Below, piece after piece: positions 44,956-54,425 of a stretch of DNA of 64,000 bases. Under the pieces are notes generated by a model. That model ran no database searches and was not told where the DNA came from. It saw nothing but the letters and a program-made list of their open reading frames with translations. The stretch's first letter is position 1; the number at the start of each line of letters is the position of its first letter. The position numbers were made by a program, and so were the translations under genes. Location: NCBI GenBank assembly GCA_963802945.1, contig CAWDKY010000014.1, forward strand, positions 64,001 to 128,000. The letters are read 5' to 3'. This DNA comes from an uncultured delta proteobacterium. Its GTDB lineage: Bacteria > Desulfobacterota > RBG-13-43-22.

Positions 44956-44971
44956 GGCGTTTCGTGAAAAT

Positions 44972-45113
44972 AGGGTTTCAAAGATTCAGAGGTTTCGAGG
45001 ATTCAAGGTTATAATATCCGGTATACAGGTTCAGATCGGATTTCCGTGAATAGGACTTTAGAGCTCGGAACGTTAGACCTTGGCCTTGAACCTGCTAGAA
45101 TATGAGTCCTTGG
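44972..45113. repeat. degenerate octamer-unit hairpin
   Basis: ggtttcga ggattcaa ... ccttgaacc, same unit family as 15031 and 31720. Confidence 0.4.
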
Positions 45114-45136
45114 AGTAAAATTGAATTTTGGAGCAA

Positions 45137-45627
45137 TGCATGTCTTTAACTGAACCACCTGAAATCATCGCCTTCGTTTGTCACTGGTGTGCCTATGCCG
45201 GGGCCGATCTGGCGGGGATTTCCCGTATCCAGTATCCGCCGAATGTACGTCTGGTGCGGGTCATGTGCACGGGACGAATTCATTCAGGCTTTCTCCTGCA
45301 TGCCTTTTTCGAAGGTGCGCAAGGCGTTTTGGTTTCCGGGTGTCACCTCGGCGACTGCCATTACCTGGAAGGTAATGTGAAATGCCAAAAGGTGATCGAA
45401 GAAACCTGGGAGTATCTGCGGCTGTTTAGGGATTGACGAAGGGCGGCTCAGGATCAAATGGATTTCCGCCTCGGAAGGGGCCGAGTTTGCCAAGGAGATC
45501 CAAGAGTTTGTTTCATTTCTCCAAGGGCTGGGAGAAAAACCTCTCGCCGATAAAAGAAAATGGGATCTTAAAGGACTGCCATCAGCGGATAATATCGGTC
45601 TTGATAAAGGGCCACCGCTGTTAAGAG
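45137..45627 (+). CDS. mvhD: MvhD-like [2Fe-2S] domain (+1 indel near 45427); probably the N-terminus of a fusion with the downstream HdrD-like ORF
   Basis: FVCHWCAYAGADLAG, RVMCTGR, GCHLGDCHY; shifted frame continues LGIDEGRLRIKWISASEGAEFA. Confidence 0.85.
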
Positions 45628-46734
45628 ATGAGCAGATTGCCAACCTGCATGGAATGCAGCAGTTGTAGCGGCACCTGCCCGGTCAGCCGTGAAAATCCTC
45701 TATTTTCCCCGAAACAGATCATTAATCGGACGGCCATGGGACTTGAGGCCGATATCCTTCAAAGCCGCGAGGTCTGGGCCTGTCTGGGGTGTGCTCAATG
45801 CAATACACGCTGTCCGGCCCTGATCGATATCTCGGAATTCAACCGCTCCTTTCGATACCGAGCACGGGAAGCCGGGAATCCGCCAATGGAAAGCCATCAC
45901 GGCATTCATCAAACCATTGCCCGATTGCAGAGGCATCCCCTTTCGCAAAAACGTACGGACTGGGCGGAAAAGACCGGGAATTTCAAATCAACCGGGGACT
46001 ATTTTTATTTTGTAGGCTGTTTGCCTTATTTTGATATCACCTTTCGCTATCTAAATATATCACCGCTGGAAAGTGCCCGAAGCGTACTGACTCTATTGAA
46101 TCGAATCGGAATCGAACCGGTCATCAGCAATGACGAAAGGTGCTGCGGGCACGATGCCCTTTGGTGCGGCGAAGAGGACACTTTCCTGGAGTTGGCCTTA
46201 TGGAACCTTGAGATCCTAAAGGCCTCGGGAGCCAAAACCGTCCTATTCAGTTGTCCGGAAGGCTATTCGACCTTTAAATATTATTATCCCAAATATGTTG
46301 GAGAACTGCCTTTCGAGGTTGTCCATCTGGCCGAATTTTTTGCCCGTGAAATACCCAAGTCAGGGTTGAAGCTGAAACCGTTTTCCGATGGTGCGGTCAC
46401 CTATCAGGACCCTTGCCGGTTGGGACGCTGGGCCGGGATTTATGAACCGCCCAGGGAATTAATAAAATTGGTTTCAGGAACGAAACTCATTGAAATGGAG
46501 AGGACCAGAGAGAATGCCCTGTGCTGCGGAACCAGCGCCTGGATGGAATGTTCCAGTTGTTCCAAGGTCATTCAGACCGAACGACTCATGGAAGCTCAGC
46601 AAACCGGTGCGAAGAAACTGATTACCGCTTGTCCTAAATGCCGGATTCATCTGACCTGTGCTAAACTGGGAGAAAATATTGATATCGGCGTGAAAGACAT
46701 TTATACTTTTTTGGCAGAACACCTAGAAGATTAG
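45628..46734 (+). CDS. HdrD/GlpC-like Fe-S oxidoreductase (2x[4Fe-4S] plus two CCG domains)
   Basis: CMECSSCSGTCP, CLGCAQCNTRCP, ERCCGH, YQDPCRLGR, LCCG, TACPKC. Confidence 0.88.
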   Translation: MSRLPTCMECSSCSGTCPVSRENPLFSPKQIINRTAMGLEADILQSREVWACLGCAQCNTRCPALIDISEFNRSFRYRAREAGNPPMESHHGIHQTIARLQRHPLSQKRTDWAEKTGNFKSTGDYFYFVGCLPYFDITFRYLNISPLESARSVLTLLNRIGIEPVISNDERCCGHDALWCGEEDTFLELALWNLEILKASGAKTVLFSCPEGYSTFKYYYPKYVGELPFEVVHLAEFFAREIPKSGLKLKPFSDGAVTYQDPCRLGRWAGIYEPPRELIKLVSGTKLIEMERTRENALCCGTSAWMECSSCSKVIQTERLMEAQQTGAKKLITACPKCRIHLTCAKLGENIDIGVKDIYTFLAEHLED

Positions 46735-46742
46735 TAAAAACA

Positions 46743-46851
46743 AGTTCGGAGTTAAGAGTTCGGATAAAAAATCCTTCTGGACCCCGGCTTTCGCCGGGGT
46801 GACGGTTTAGCGGCTTATGGCCCCATTATTTTTTACTCCGAACTAAATACT
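46743..46851. repeat. GTTCGGA heptamer hairpin with a REP-like half (46777-46803) nested in its loop
   Basis: agttcggagttaagagttcgga ... ctggaccccggctttcgccggggtgac ... actccgaactaaatact. Confidence 0.7.
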
Positions 46852-46870
46852 CTTTTTTGGGGAGGTAGAC

Positions 46871-48352
46871 ATGGCCAAATACATCGGTGCAGTCGATCTG
46901 GGTACGACCAGTAATCGTTTCATCGTTTTCGATCACACCGGCCAAATCGTCGGGCTGTCGCAAAAAGAACATCAACAGATCTTTCCCAAGCCGGGCTGGG
47001 TGGAACATGATCCCCTGGAGATCTGGAACAACACCCAGGAGGTCATCCGCGAAGCCTTGGCCAAAACCAATGTTACCGGAGATGATATTGCGGCCATCGG
47101 TGTGACCAACCAGCGCGAGACCACGGTTGTCTGGGAGAAAGCTACCGGCAAACCTATTTACAATGCCATCGTTTGGCAGGATACACGCACGGATGTTATC
47201 TGCAACGAACTGGCCAAGCATGGAGGTCAGAATCGATGGCGCGGGAAAACCGGCCTTCCTCTGACCACCTATTTTTCAGGCCCTAAAATAAAATGGATTC
47301 TGGACAACGTCCCAGGTGCCCAAGGGAAGGCGGAGAACGGCGAACTGCTTTTCGGAAATATCGATACTTGGTTCATCTGGAATCTGACCGGCGTGCACGT
47401 CACCGACGTAACCAATGCTTCGCGGACGCTCCTGATGAATCTGAACCATCTTGACTGGGATGATGAAATACTGCAGTTGCTGAATATCCCTCGGGCCATG
47501 CTGCCGAAGATTTGTTCATCATCGGAGGTCTATGGCCAGGCCAAGGGTATCCTCAAGGGTGTGCCGGTGGCTGGTGATCTGGGCGACCAGCAAGCGGCCC
47601 TGTTCGGACAGACCTGTTTCAATCCCGGCGAGGCCAAGAACACTTACGGAACCGGATGTTTTATGCTTCTGAATATGGGCGAACGTCCGGTCCCCAGTAC
47701 CAGCGGACTGCTGACCACCGTCGGTTATAAGATCGGCCATCAGAAGGCCGTTTATGCCCTGGAAGGTTCGATCGCTATCGCCGGCGCCCTGGTGCAATGG
47801 TTGCGCGACAACCTGGGCCTGGTTTCCAAATCAGCCGAGGTGGAGGCTTTGGCCCGCACGGTCGAAGACAACGGCGGTATTTATTTCGTACCGGCCTTTT
47901 CCGGGCTGTTTGCCCCTTACTGGAGGTCTGATGCCCGGGGAGTTATCGTCGGTCTGACGCGTTTCATCAATAAAGGTCATCTGGCACGGTCCGTGCTGGA
48001 AGCCACTGCCTTTCAGACCCGTGAGGTTCTTGATGCTATGGAAAAAGACTCGGGTGTACGGCTGAAGGCCCTCAAGGTGGACGGCGGGATGGTTTTCAAC
48101 GAACTGCTGATGCAATTCCAGGCGGATCTATTGGATGTGCCGGTTATCCGCCCAAAGGTCGCTGAAACCACAGCCCTGGGTGCCGCCTACGCCGCCGGGC
48201 TGGCCGTTGGTTTCTGGAAAAATCTCGATGAACTGCGACTCAACTGGGGAAAGGACAAAGAGTGGAAACCCCAAATGGACGTATCCAAACGTGACCAACT
48301 TTACGCCGGCTGGAAAAAAGCCGTCTCACGGACTTTCGACTGGATAGGATAA
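46871..48352 (+). CDS. glpK: glycerol kinase
   Basis: [51 protein letters not shown]. Confidence 0.97.
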   Translation: MAKYIGAVDLGTTSNRFIVFDHTGQIVGLSQKEHQQIFPKPGWVEHDPLEIWNNTQEVIREALAKTNVTGDDIAAIGVTNQRETTVVWEKATGKPIYNAIVWQDTRTDVICNELAKHGGQNRWRGKTGLPLTTYFSGPKIKWILDNVPGAQGKAENGELLFGNIDTWFIWNLTGVHVTDVTNASRTLLMNLNHLDWDDEILQLLNIPRAMLPKICSSSEVYGQAKGILKGVPVAGDLGDQQAALFGQTCFNPGEAKNTYGTGCFMLLNMGERPVPSTSGLLTTVGYKIGHQKAVYALEGSIAIAGALVQWLRDNLGLVSKSAEVEALARTVEDNGGIYFVPAFSGLFAPYWRSDARGVIVGLTRFINKGHLARSVLEATAFQTREVLDAMEKDSGVRLKALKVDGGMVFNELLMQFQADLLDVPVIRPKVAETTALGAAYAAGLAVGFWKNLDELRLNWGKDKEWKPQMDVSKRDQLYAGWKKAVSRTFDWIG

Positions 48353-48517
48353 AAGCATCCGCTTGACTTTTTGCCTGTCTATCAGATATCTTTTAATTAA
48401 AGTTCGGATGTCGTTGGTTACCCTCGATCCGGGAATCGCCTCTGTGGCAGATAAAGGTAATAGGCAGCCGGAAGGCGGGGGAGTTTTTCTGAAGGGTGTG
48501 CCGAAAGGAGACTGACA

Positions 48518-49102
48518 TTGGATTTTCTGTCAATACTGCGGAACAAACCGGTCATTGCGGCCTTCAGGGATATCGAAAGCCTTCATTTTCAAAGTTTGAA
48601 TCATTCTGATGTTCTTTTTATCTTGGGGGGGACCATTTTTGAACTGCCCCGCATCGTAGAACAGGCAAAAAGGTATCAGAAACTGATTTTCGTCGATATC
48701 GATCTAATAAAGGGGATCGGAAAAGATGCCCCGGGAATCAGGTTTTTGGCTCAGCAGAGTCAGGTCAATGGAATCATCACCACTCGCAGCAATCTTATCA
48801 AAAGCGGGCAGAAAGAAGGTCTGATCTCCATTCAGAGGGTATTCGTTCTGGATTCGGAGTCTCTGAACGGAGGACTCGGGGTCATTGAAAAATCAGGTCC
48901 CGACGCCGTGGAAATCCTTCCCGGTCTGATTCTCCCCAAGGTCATGGAAAAAATAAGGCTAATTACCTCCATTCCGGTCATTGCCGGAGGGTTGATCACC
49001 CAGAAAGAAGAGATAGATGAAATTCTTGCCTCCGGGGCGATCGGGATATCTACCTCCTCATCCCACCTGTTTGATTTTAAGAGAAAGGGGAAGGATTCTT
49101 AG
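48518..49102 (+). CDS. glpP: glycerol-3-phosphate-responsive antiterminator
   Basis: FVDIDLIKG, GIITTR, IQRVFVLDS, DAVEILPG, PVIAGGLI, GISTS; TTG start after AAGGAG. Confidence 0.9.
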   Translation: MDFLSILRNKPVIAAFRDIESLHFQSLNHSDVLFILGGTIFELPRIVEQAKRYQKLIFVDIDLIKGIGKDAPGIRFLAQQSQVNGIITTRSNLIKSGQKEGLISIQRVFVLDSESLNGGLGVIEKSGPDAVEILPGLILPKVMEKIRLITSIPVIAGGLITQKEEIDEILASGAIGISTSSSHLFDFKRKGKDS

Positions 49103-49167
49103 GCTGCCTATCCATCGTCTCTCCCTGACCGAGAATAACTTAATGCTGTCCCTGGTTTTTTTCGCCA

Positions 49168-49213
49168 GGGGTTGTTAGCCAAGTCCGTTCTGCACGAACG
49201 TCCCGTCTTATTT
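49168..49213. repeat. intergenic repeat family copy F (right end only)
   Basis: ggggttgttagccaagtccgttctgcacgaacgtcccgtcttattt matches 56771-56816. Confidence 0.8.
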
Positions 49214-49323
49214 CCTAGGTACGTGGTTGAACGACAATTTTATAAAAGCGGGGCTAACGTGGAACTGCAATAGAGTTGAAGATGTGTTTCAGCCATCGTT
49301 TTTATTTGGAGTTAAGGAATTAA

Positions 49324-50568
49324 ATGGTCAAAAAAATAAAAAATATCTTTTACGGCTGGTGGATAGTTATTGCCTCTTTTGTCTTGCTGGTCATAGCTGG
49401 GGGAACGGCCCTCTATGGCTTTACGGCTTTTTTTAACCCTATATCTTCGGAAATGAAGTGGGGGAGTGCGGCAGTATCTTTTGCTTTCTCTTTGAGGAGT
49501 GTCGAGGGTGGGGTTTTTCAACCTCTCATAGGTATTTTCGTCGAACGCCTTGGCGTCAGGAAATGTATCTTCGTCGGCCTAACGCTCATGGGGTTTTCGC
49601 TATTTCTTCTCAGTCGAATGACGTCGCTCACGATTTTTTATGTAGGTTTTGTGATCTTATCGTTAGGATTCACAATGGCTGCCGGTATTGCTGAATACAC
49701 GGCCGTAGCGAATTGGTTCAAGAAGCAACGTTCATTAGCCCTTGGCTTAGTTACAACCGGATGGGGCGTCTCCGGCCTAATGACGCCTATCATCGCCATG
49801 ATGATAAGCTTTGTCGGATGGCGTGAGACCATGTTTCTTCTGTGCCCCTTCATCATGGTGATTGGAATTCCCCTGTCTTTTATGATCAGAGACCGGCCCC
49901 AATCTTACGGGATGCAGCCGGATGGTGTCATGCTGGAAGAAAATCCCACGGAGACCGCTCATTTTCAAGAAGGGATGGGACTTACCCTGAAGGAAGGCCT
50001 GAAAACAAGGACGTTCTGGATGCTTTTTCTCTACACCTTCTGCATTGAGTTTGCCTTCAGTACTATTCCCGTGCAGGAAATGCCTCACCTGATCAATGTC
50101 GGCATATCGGAAAAATTGGCTGCCTTTACTATGGCCGGCTATGCTCTGGTAAGCCTGGTTGGCAGACTCTTTATTTCCTGGTTGGGCGACACTTACAGCA
50201 AGAAACATCTTCTCATAGTCTCAGCAGCCATGCAGGCTACCGGTTTTTTCATTTATGCCAAGATAAGCAGCCCCTGGATGATTATCCCCTTCATCATCCT
50301 CTACGGACCAGGCTTCGGCGCTACGACCCCCCTTCTTCCGGCGATTCAGGCCGACTATTTCGGAATCAGGTCCTTCGCCTCTCTTCGGGGTATGATGTCC
50401 ATAGGGTATGCTGTCCCAGGCATCATTGCTCCTGTTTTCGCCGGCTGGATATTTGATACCTATCACAGTTACACGATTGCTTTTCAAATCTACGCCTTAG
50501 TGGCGGCCCTGTCTATTCCGGCCTTGATGATGATACCAAAAAAATCAAAAACAGAAAATTCGGGATGA
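49324..50568 (+). CDS. MFS transporter (OFA/monocarboxylate-like)
   Basis: FYGWWIV start, ~12 hydrophobic helices, ANWFKKQRSLALG, ADYFG. Confidence 0.88.
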   Translation: MVKKIKNIFYGWWIVIASFVLLVIAGGTALYGFTAFFNPISSEMKWGSAAVSFAFSLRSVEGGVFQPLIGIFVERLGVRKCIFVGLTLMGFSLFLLSRMTSLTIFYVGFVILSLGFTMAAGIAEYTAVANWFKKQRSLALGLVTTGWGVSGLMTPIIAMMISFVGWRETMFLLCPFIMVIGIPLSFMIRDRPQSYGMQPDGVMLEENPTETAHFQEGMGLTLKEGLKTRTFWMLFLYTFCIEFAFSTIPVQEMPHLINVGISEKLAAFTMAGYALVSLVGRLFISWLGDTYSKKHLLIVSAAMQATGFFIYAKISSPWMIIPFIILYGPGFGATTPLLPAIQADYFGIRSFASLRGMMSIGYAVPGIIAPVFAGWIFDTYHSYTIAFQIYALVAALSIPALMMIPKKSKTENSG

Positions 50569-50595
50569 ACATAGGAATGGAAAGGAGAACTTATC

Positions 50596-51762
50596 ATGTA
50601 CACGGTTCATATCCATTTTACCAAACGACTGGCCAAGGTTCAGGAGGCCATTAAAAAGCATAATCTGGACATCCTGATCGGGACCCGTCTCAAGACCATT
50701 ACGCATGTCTGCGGCGCCTTCTGCCCCTGGCGGAGTGGGGTTATCATCCCGGCCTCAGGGGAGATCTGTCTGATACCTCCATCGATGGATGTGAATCGCC
50801 TGGCTCAGGAAGGCTGGCTTGAACAGGTGGAGGGATACGGCAAACTCACCTTGATGGAAACTATCATCCGGAAGATCCGAAGTCTGGGTCTGGAGGAGGG
50901 GAGAATAGGCTTCGAGAGCGGGTCTTCAGCCTACCTTCCCGAGGGTTACTTAAGCGTTTGGGAGTATCAGGAACTGCAGAAAGGGCTTCCGAAGGCCACC
51001 CTGATTAATGCGGTTGAGATCTTCGATCAGCTCACGCTGGTGAAGGAAGAAGCCGAAGTGCGGCTAATGAGACAGGCCACGGCCATCGTGGATACCGCCC
51101 ACGAGGAAGTGCGCAAATTTTTACGGCCCGGCGTAACCGAGAAACAAATTGCCGGGGTCGCGGAAAAGGTGATGCGGGATGTCGGCAGCGAATTCGCCTG
51201 GACCTTCACGGGCGGGCAGGAAGTGGCTTCCGGTTATCGGACTTGGACAGGGGCCTGCACCCCGGCCACGGATAAGATCGTCCAATACCATGAATTTGTT
51301 CTGCTCGATCTTCATGGCATGTACGGGCTGATGCTTGGAGACGTCTCACATAACGCCATTATGGGCCAGCCGGATGGCGCCCAGAGAAAGGTGATCGATG
51401 CCTACGTAAAAACCTGTGAGCGTATCGTGGAGGTCATGCGTCCGGGAAAGAGCCTGGGAGAAGTCGGCAGAGATGTCCGCGAATTTGTGGTGCGTAACGG
51501 CTGGGATAAGTTTATCCGGGGATTCGGTCATGGGATCGGTCATGCCGGCCATGAATGGTATCCCACGTTGACCGATATCAAAATTCCCCACGTCTCCGAA
51601 CCCGACTATGTCATCGAGCCCAATTACATACAGATGATTGCGGTTACGGCCAATCAGGTCGGTGTGGGCGGTTTAAGAATGGAAAGGCCCCTGCTCATGA
51701 CGGAGACAGGCAATGAACTGCTTTCCAAAATGCCTTTTGAGCCTTGGGTCATCGAAAGGTGA
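50596..51762 (+). CDS. M24 (Xaa-Pro peptidase/creatinase-fold) hydrolase
   Basis: Creatinase-type N-domain, VKEEAEV, PGVTEKQIA, GHGIG, GLRME. Confidence 0.8.
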   Translation: MYTVHIHFTKRLAKVQEAIKKHNLDILIGTRLKTITHVCGAFCPWRSGVIIPASGEICLIPPSMDVNRLAQEGWLEQVEGYGKLTLMETIIRKIRSLGLEEGRIGFESGSSAYLPEGYLSVWEYQELQKGLPKATLINAVEIFDQLTLVKEEAEVRLMRQATAIVDTAHEEVRKFLRPGVTEKQIAGVAEKVMRDVGSEFAWTFTGGQEVASGYRTWTGACTPATDKIVQYHEFVLLDLHGMYGLMLGDVSHNAIMGQPDGAQRKVIDAYVKTCERIVEVMRPGKSLGEVGRDVREFVVRNGWDKFIRGFGHGIGHAGHEWYPTLTDIKIPHVSEPDYVIEPNYIQMIAVTANQVGVGGLRMERPLLMTETGNELLSKMPFEPWVIER

Positions 51763-51821
51763 TTTTTTGTTGTTAATAACGAAACCTTCTATAACATAAA
51801 TACTTTTTTTTAGTGAAGGGT

Positions 51822-51861
51822 GCAGCGCAACAAAGAAGATAGACTTTTTACGAAGTTGTCA
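51822..51861. repeat. right end of the TCGTAAAAAGTC terminal-repeat family
   Basis: gcagcgcaacaaagaagatagactttttacgaagttgtca resembles 30035-30058. Confidence 0.6.
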
Positions 51862-52906
51862 TTCTTCATACAAGGCCCTTTGCTCAGGGTTCATGTTTGA
51901 CAGATGCTTTTTAGCCTCTTCGGGCGAAACGGCCATTAAAGTACCGTCCGGCTCCTGAATGACTACCCCACTGTTGATGATCATTTTATAACGCTCCTGA
52001 CGCACCTGTTTGTCGGGGTGGCAGATAAACTGGCAGTGACCGCAGGTGAACTCAAGGAGGTTTCCGGGCATCAAGGCATGGTAAAGCCCATAATCCGCTT
52101 TTTTTCTGTTGCGATAAGCGGGGACCGCCTTTATCAAGGCGCCCAGAAATTCCTCATCCTTTTCAGGGATCGGGAAACGTCCCGGTGACCAGGTGGACCA
52201 CTTCCCGGATTGATGCAAACCGGTAAACCCTCCACAAACGTATTCGCAACGGTTGTAAGAACGACGCTTGGAATAATTGAAATTTCTATTCCCCAAGGTG
52301 ACCGTGGTTTCCTCATCCGAAGACATCAAACCGGATGCACAGGCGGACATACAAAGACGGCAGCTATCGCAGTAATTATCCTCAGGCGGTAAAGGATCGG
52401 TGGGGATCAGTTCCGCTTCGGTGACCACAGAGGCCAGAATGATGGCCGCCCCGACCTTATTCATAATGACATTACCGGACAGACCAAAGTAACCGATCCC
52501 TGACCTTACGGCCAGATAGCGGTGGGAAATAGGGGGTTTTTCATCATAAGGGCCGTTTGGAGTGTCTTTTCGATAAACGGTATTGGCCACTAACGGCACG
52601 GATTTATAGCCCTTCATATTCAGAAACTCCGACAACTCCAAAGCAAGGCCGCTGGCCATGTTATTGACCCGGCGGTTGTCAATGTTGGCCGAAGCCATAT
52701 CCTCTTTTTTCAAAAAACGTTCGATAGCTCTTTGATCTAACGGCACGGCAAAGACGACGGCCGACCTGGCCTCCGGAAGGACATAAGTCAGGTCTGTGGA
52801 GGGCGGCCCACCTTCAAGGGTTTCTGTGGTTGTAATCCCGACGGCAATAGCGCCCGAATTCTTAACTAAATTTTTCACATATCTGCGTTAATTGCTCCTT
52901 ATCCAT
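51859..52906 (-). CDS. QueG/reductive-dehalogenase superfamily cobalamin 2x[4Fe-4S] protein (true ATG probably 52906, +1 indel near 52885)
   Basis: SHRYLAVRSGIGYFGLSG, LASVVTEAELIPTDP, CDSCRLCMSAC, CGHCQFIC; AAGGAGG RBS precedes ATG at 52906. Confidence 0.8.
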
Positions 52907-52938
52907 TTTTTCCTCCTTACCGTATAAATTTTATTCTC

Positions 52939-53387
52939 TCATAAAAGCAACCCAAGCCTGCGGAGATCTCTCAGATTTCCGCAGGGGGCACAGTCTGCGG
53001 CACTACATCCCTCGAAATTTTGGTTTTTTCAAGTAAGCTAAGCCAGCAATCTTTTCTCCGCGCGGAGGTTAAGAGGTCTATTTCGCTTTCAATCCTGGAA
53101 AGGGAGTCAGAAAGCGGCCTTCTCAATTTTCGAGTTAGCCTTCGATCCTTGGTATTCTCAGATTTAGAAAGTAAAAGGATCCTACGGATATCTTTAATGG
53201 AGTAACCGATACGTTTGAGAACCTGGGCAGTTTGGATTACTAAAACTACCTCTTCCGCATATAATTTACGACCTCCAGGTGTAATGGAGATTGGAGTTAA
53301 AAGTCCTTCCGCCTCATAATGTCGAATTGTCCGAGGCGTGCAACCTGTGTGGCGGCAAATCTTGCCAATCAATATTCCATCGGCCAT
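52939..53387 (-). CDS. MerR-family regulator, Cys-rich C-terminus obscured by indel
   Basis: IGKIC...TPRTIRHYEAEGLL...GGRKLY HTH; alternative frame ends EGCSAADCAPCGNLRDLRRLGLLL* at 52939. Confidence 0.8.
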
Positions 53388-53422
53388 AAGATTTCTTTAG
53401 GATCCTTGAGGCTTTATTTTTA

Positions 53423-53445
53423 TTACATTACGTAACGTAATATAA
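53423..53445. promoter_or_regulatory. candidate MerR-type operator
   Basis: ATTACGT-A-ACGTAAT dyad (53427-53441) about 40 nt upstream of the merR start. Confidence 0.6.
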
Positions 53446-53540
53446 TTAGAAGATCATGCCAAGCTTTTTTAAAAAGAGAATTAAAATTAGGTTGAGGTTG
53501 CTTAGAAGGAGTTGATTGTTTTGATAGAATAAACAAATAT

Positions 53541-53676
53541 AATTAGTGATAGCGCCTAGTTATTAACCTTTGAGGAAAAGGGGACAAAGGTTTCAAAGGT
53601 GATCAGACTGCCGTCGTAACCATAGGTGATAGCTTTTGTCTCCCTGGTGATGTTCCCGATCTTGGGACCACAGAGC
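53541..53676. repeat. intergenic repeat family copy A (RHS-derived)
   Basis: aaggtttcaaaggtgatcagactgccgtcgtaaccataggtgatagcttttgtctccctggtgatgttcccgatctt; degenerate left end aattagtgatagcgcc. Confidence 0.85.
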
Positions 53677-53700
53677 AATCCCGGTGCTGACAGGGGAATA

Positions 53701-54291
53701 TTACTTTGCAGCTGCCTGAAATTCGTTAGACTGAATGAACGCCAACAATTGCTTCTGTATCTCATTGAATACCACATCAAACGCCTCACGTGTCTTGCCA
53801 GGGGATGAAAGCGAAAATTCTCTCTCGAAGTTAATTTGTCTCTGAGCAAGGACCTTTCCATCCAGCGGATCAACAAGTTTTGCTGCAAGTTCGGCTTCTA
53901 TCATATACCTATTGCCATACCCATCACACCAAAAGCGAATTACATCAATAACCAACCTGGGGGCTTTCCTGTCGGTCCCTTCTGAAGTATAGCCGGTATG
54001 CTCCAGGGTATTTTTAGCCATCCCCCTCAAAACTATGTTAATCTCTTTTCCTTCCTCTGTTTGCAGGTCAAAAGGATTTCCATATCCTCCACGAATTTTC
54101 CCTAATAACCCAAAACTCTGGCCTCCATAGTTTATAAGACGTTTGTTGTTGACCTCTCCAACCACGACCGTCCCCCGCCTCACATCCGTTTTAGAAAGCG
54201 AATCAACTTTTATATCCATTGACGGAACACATGCACTCAGGAATGAAAGCAATGGCAATGCAAAAAACAATAACTGGGTTTTTTTCATCAT
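53701..54291 (-). CDS. lipoprotein of unknown function (YajG-like fold possible)
   Basis: Signal peptide with lipobox LSAC, GGAGG RBS. Confidence 0.75.
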   Translation of the reverse strand: MMKKTQLLFFALPLLSFLSACVPSMDIKVDSLSKTDVRRGTVVVGEVNNKRLINYGGQSFGLLGKIRGGYGNPFDLQTEEGKEINIVLRGMAKNTLEHTGYTSEGTDRKAPRLVIDVIRFWCDGYGNRYMIEAELAAKLVDPLDGKVLAQRQINFEREFSLSSPGKTREAFDVVFNEIQKQLLAFIQSNEFQAAAK

Positions 54292-54425
54292 GTTCTTGTC
54301 CTCCTCTCTTATGCGATTTTGAGGCCGTTGTATAACAGCCTAGGTAACAATGTTTTTTCCTTAAAGAACCAAGCTTGAAAATTTATCACAGCCTATCATA
54401 ACAGAACCAATCCAAATCATAAGGG

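Noticed and set aside
45400-45440. Selenocysteine read-through at the mvhD TGA (45434-45436)
   Set aside because: The TGA is not at a Cys-equivalent position and the conserved sequence continues in a different frame.
53556-53888. 110-aa ORF containing the RHS-like peptide as a real gene
   Set aside because: It overlaps the lipoprotein gene out of frame; only its last ~35 codons are the repeat remnant.
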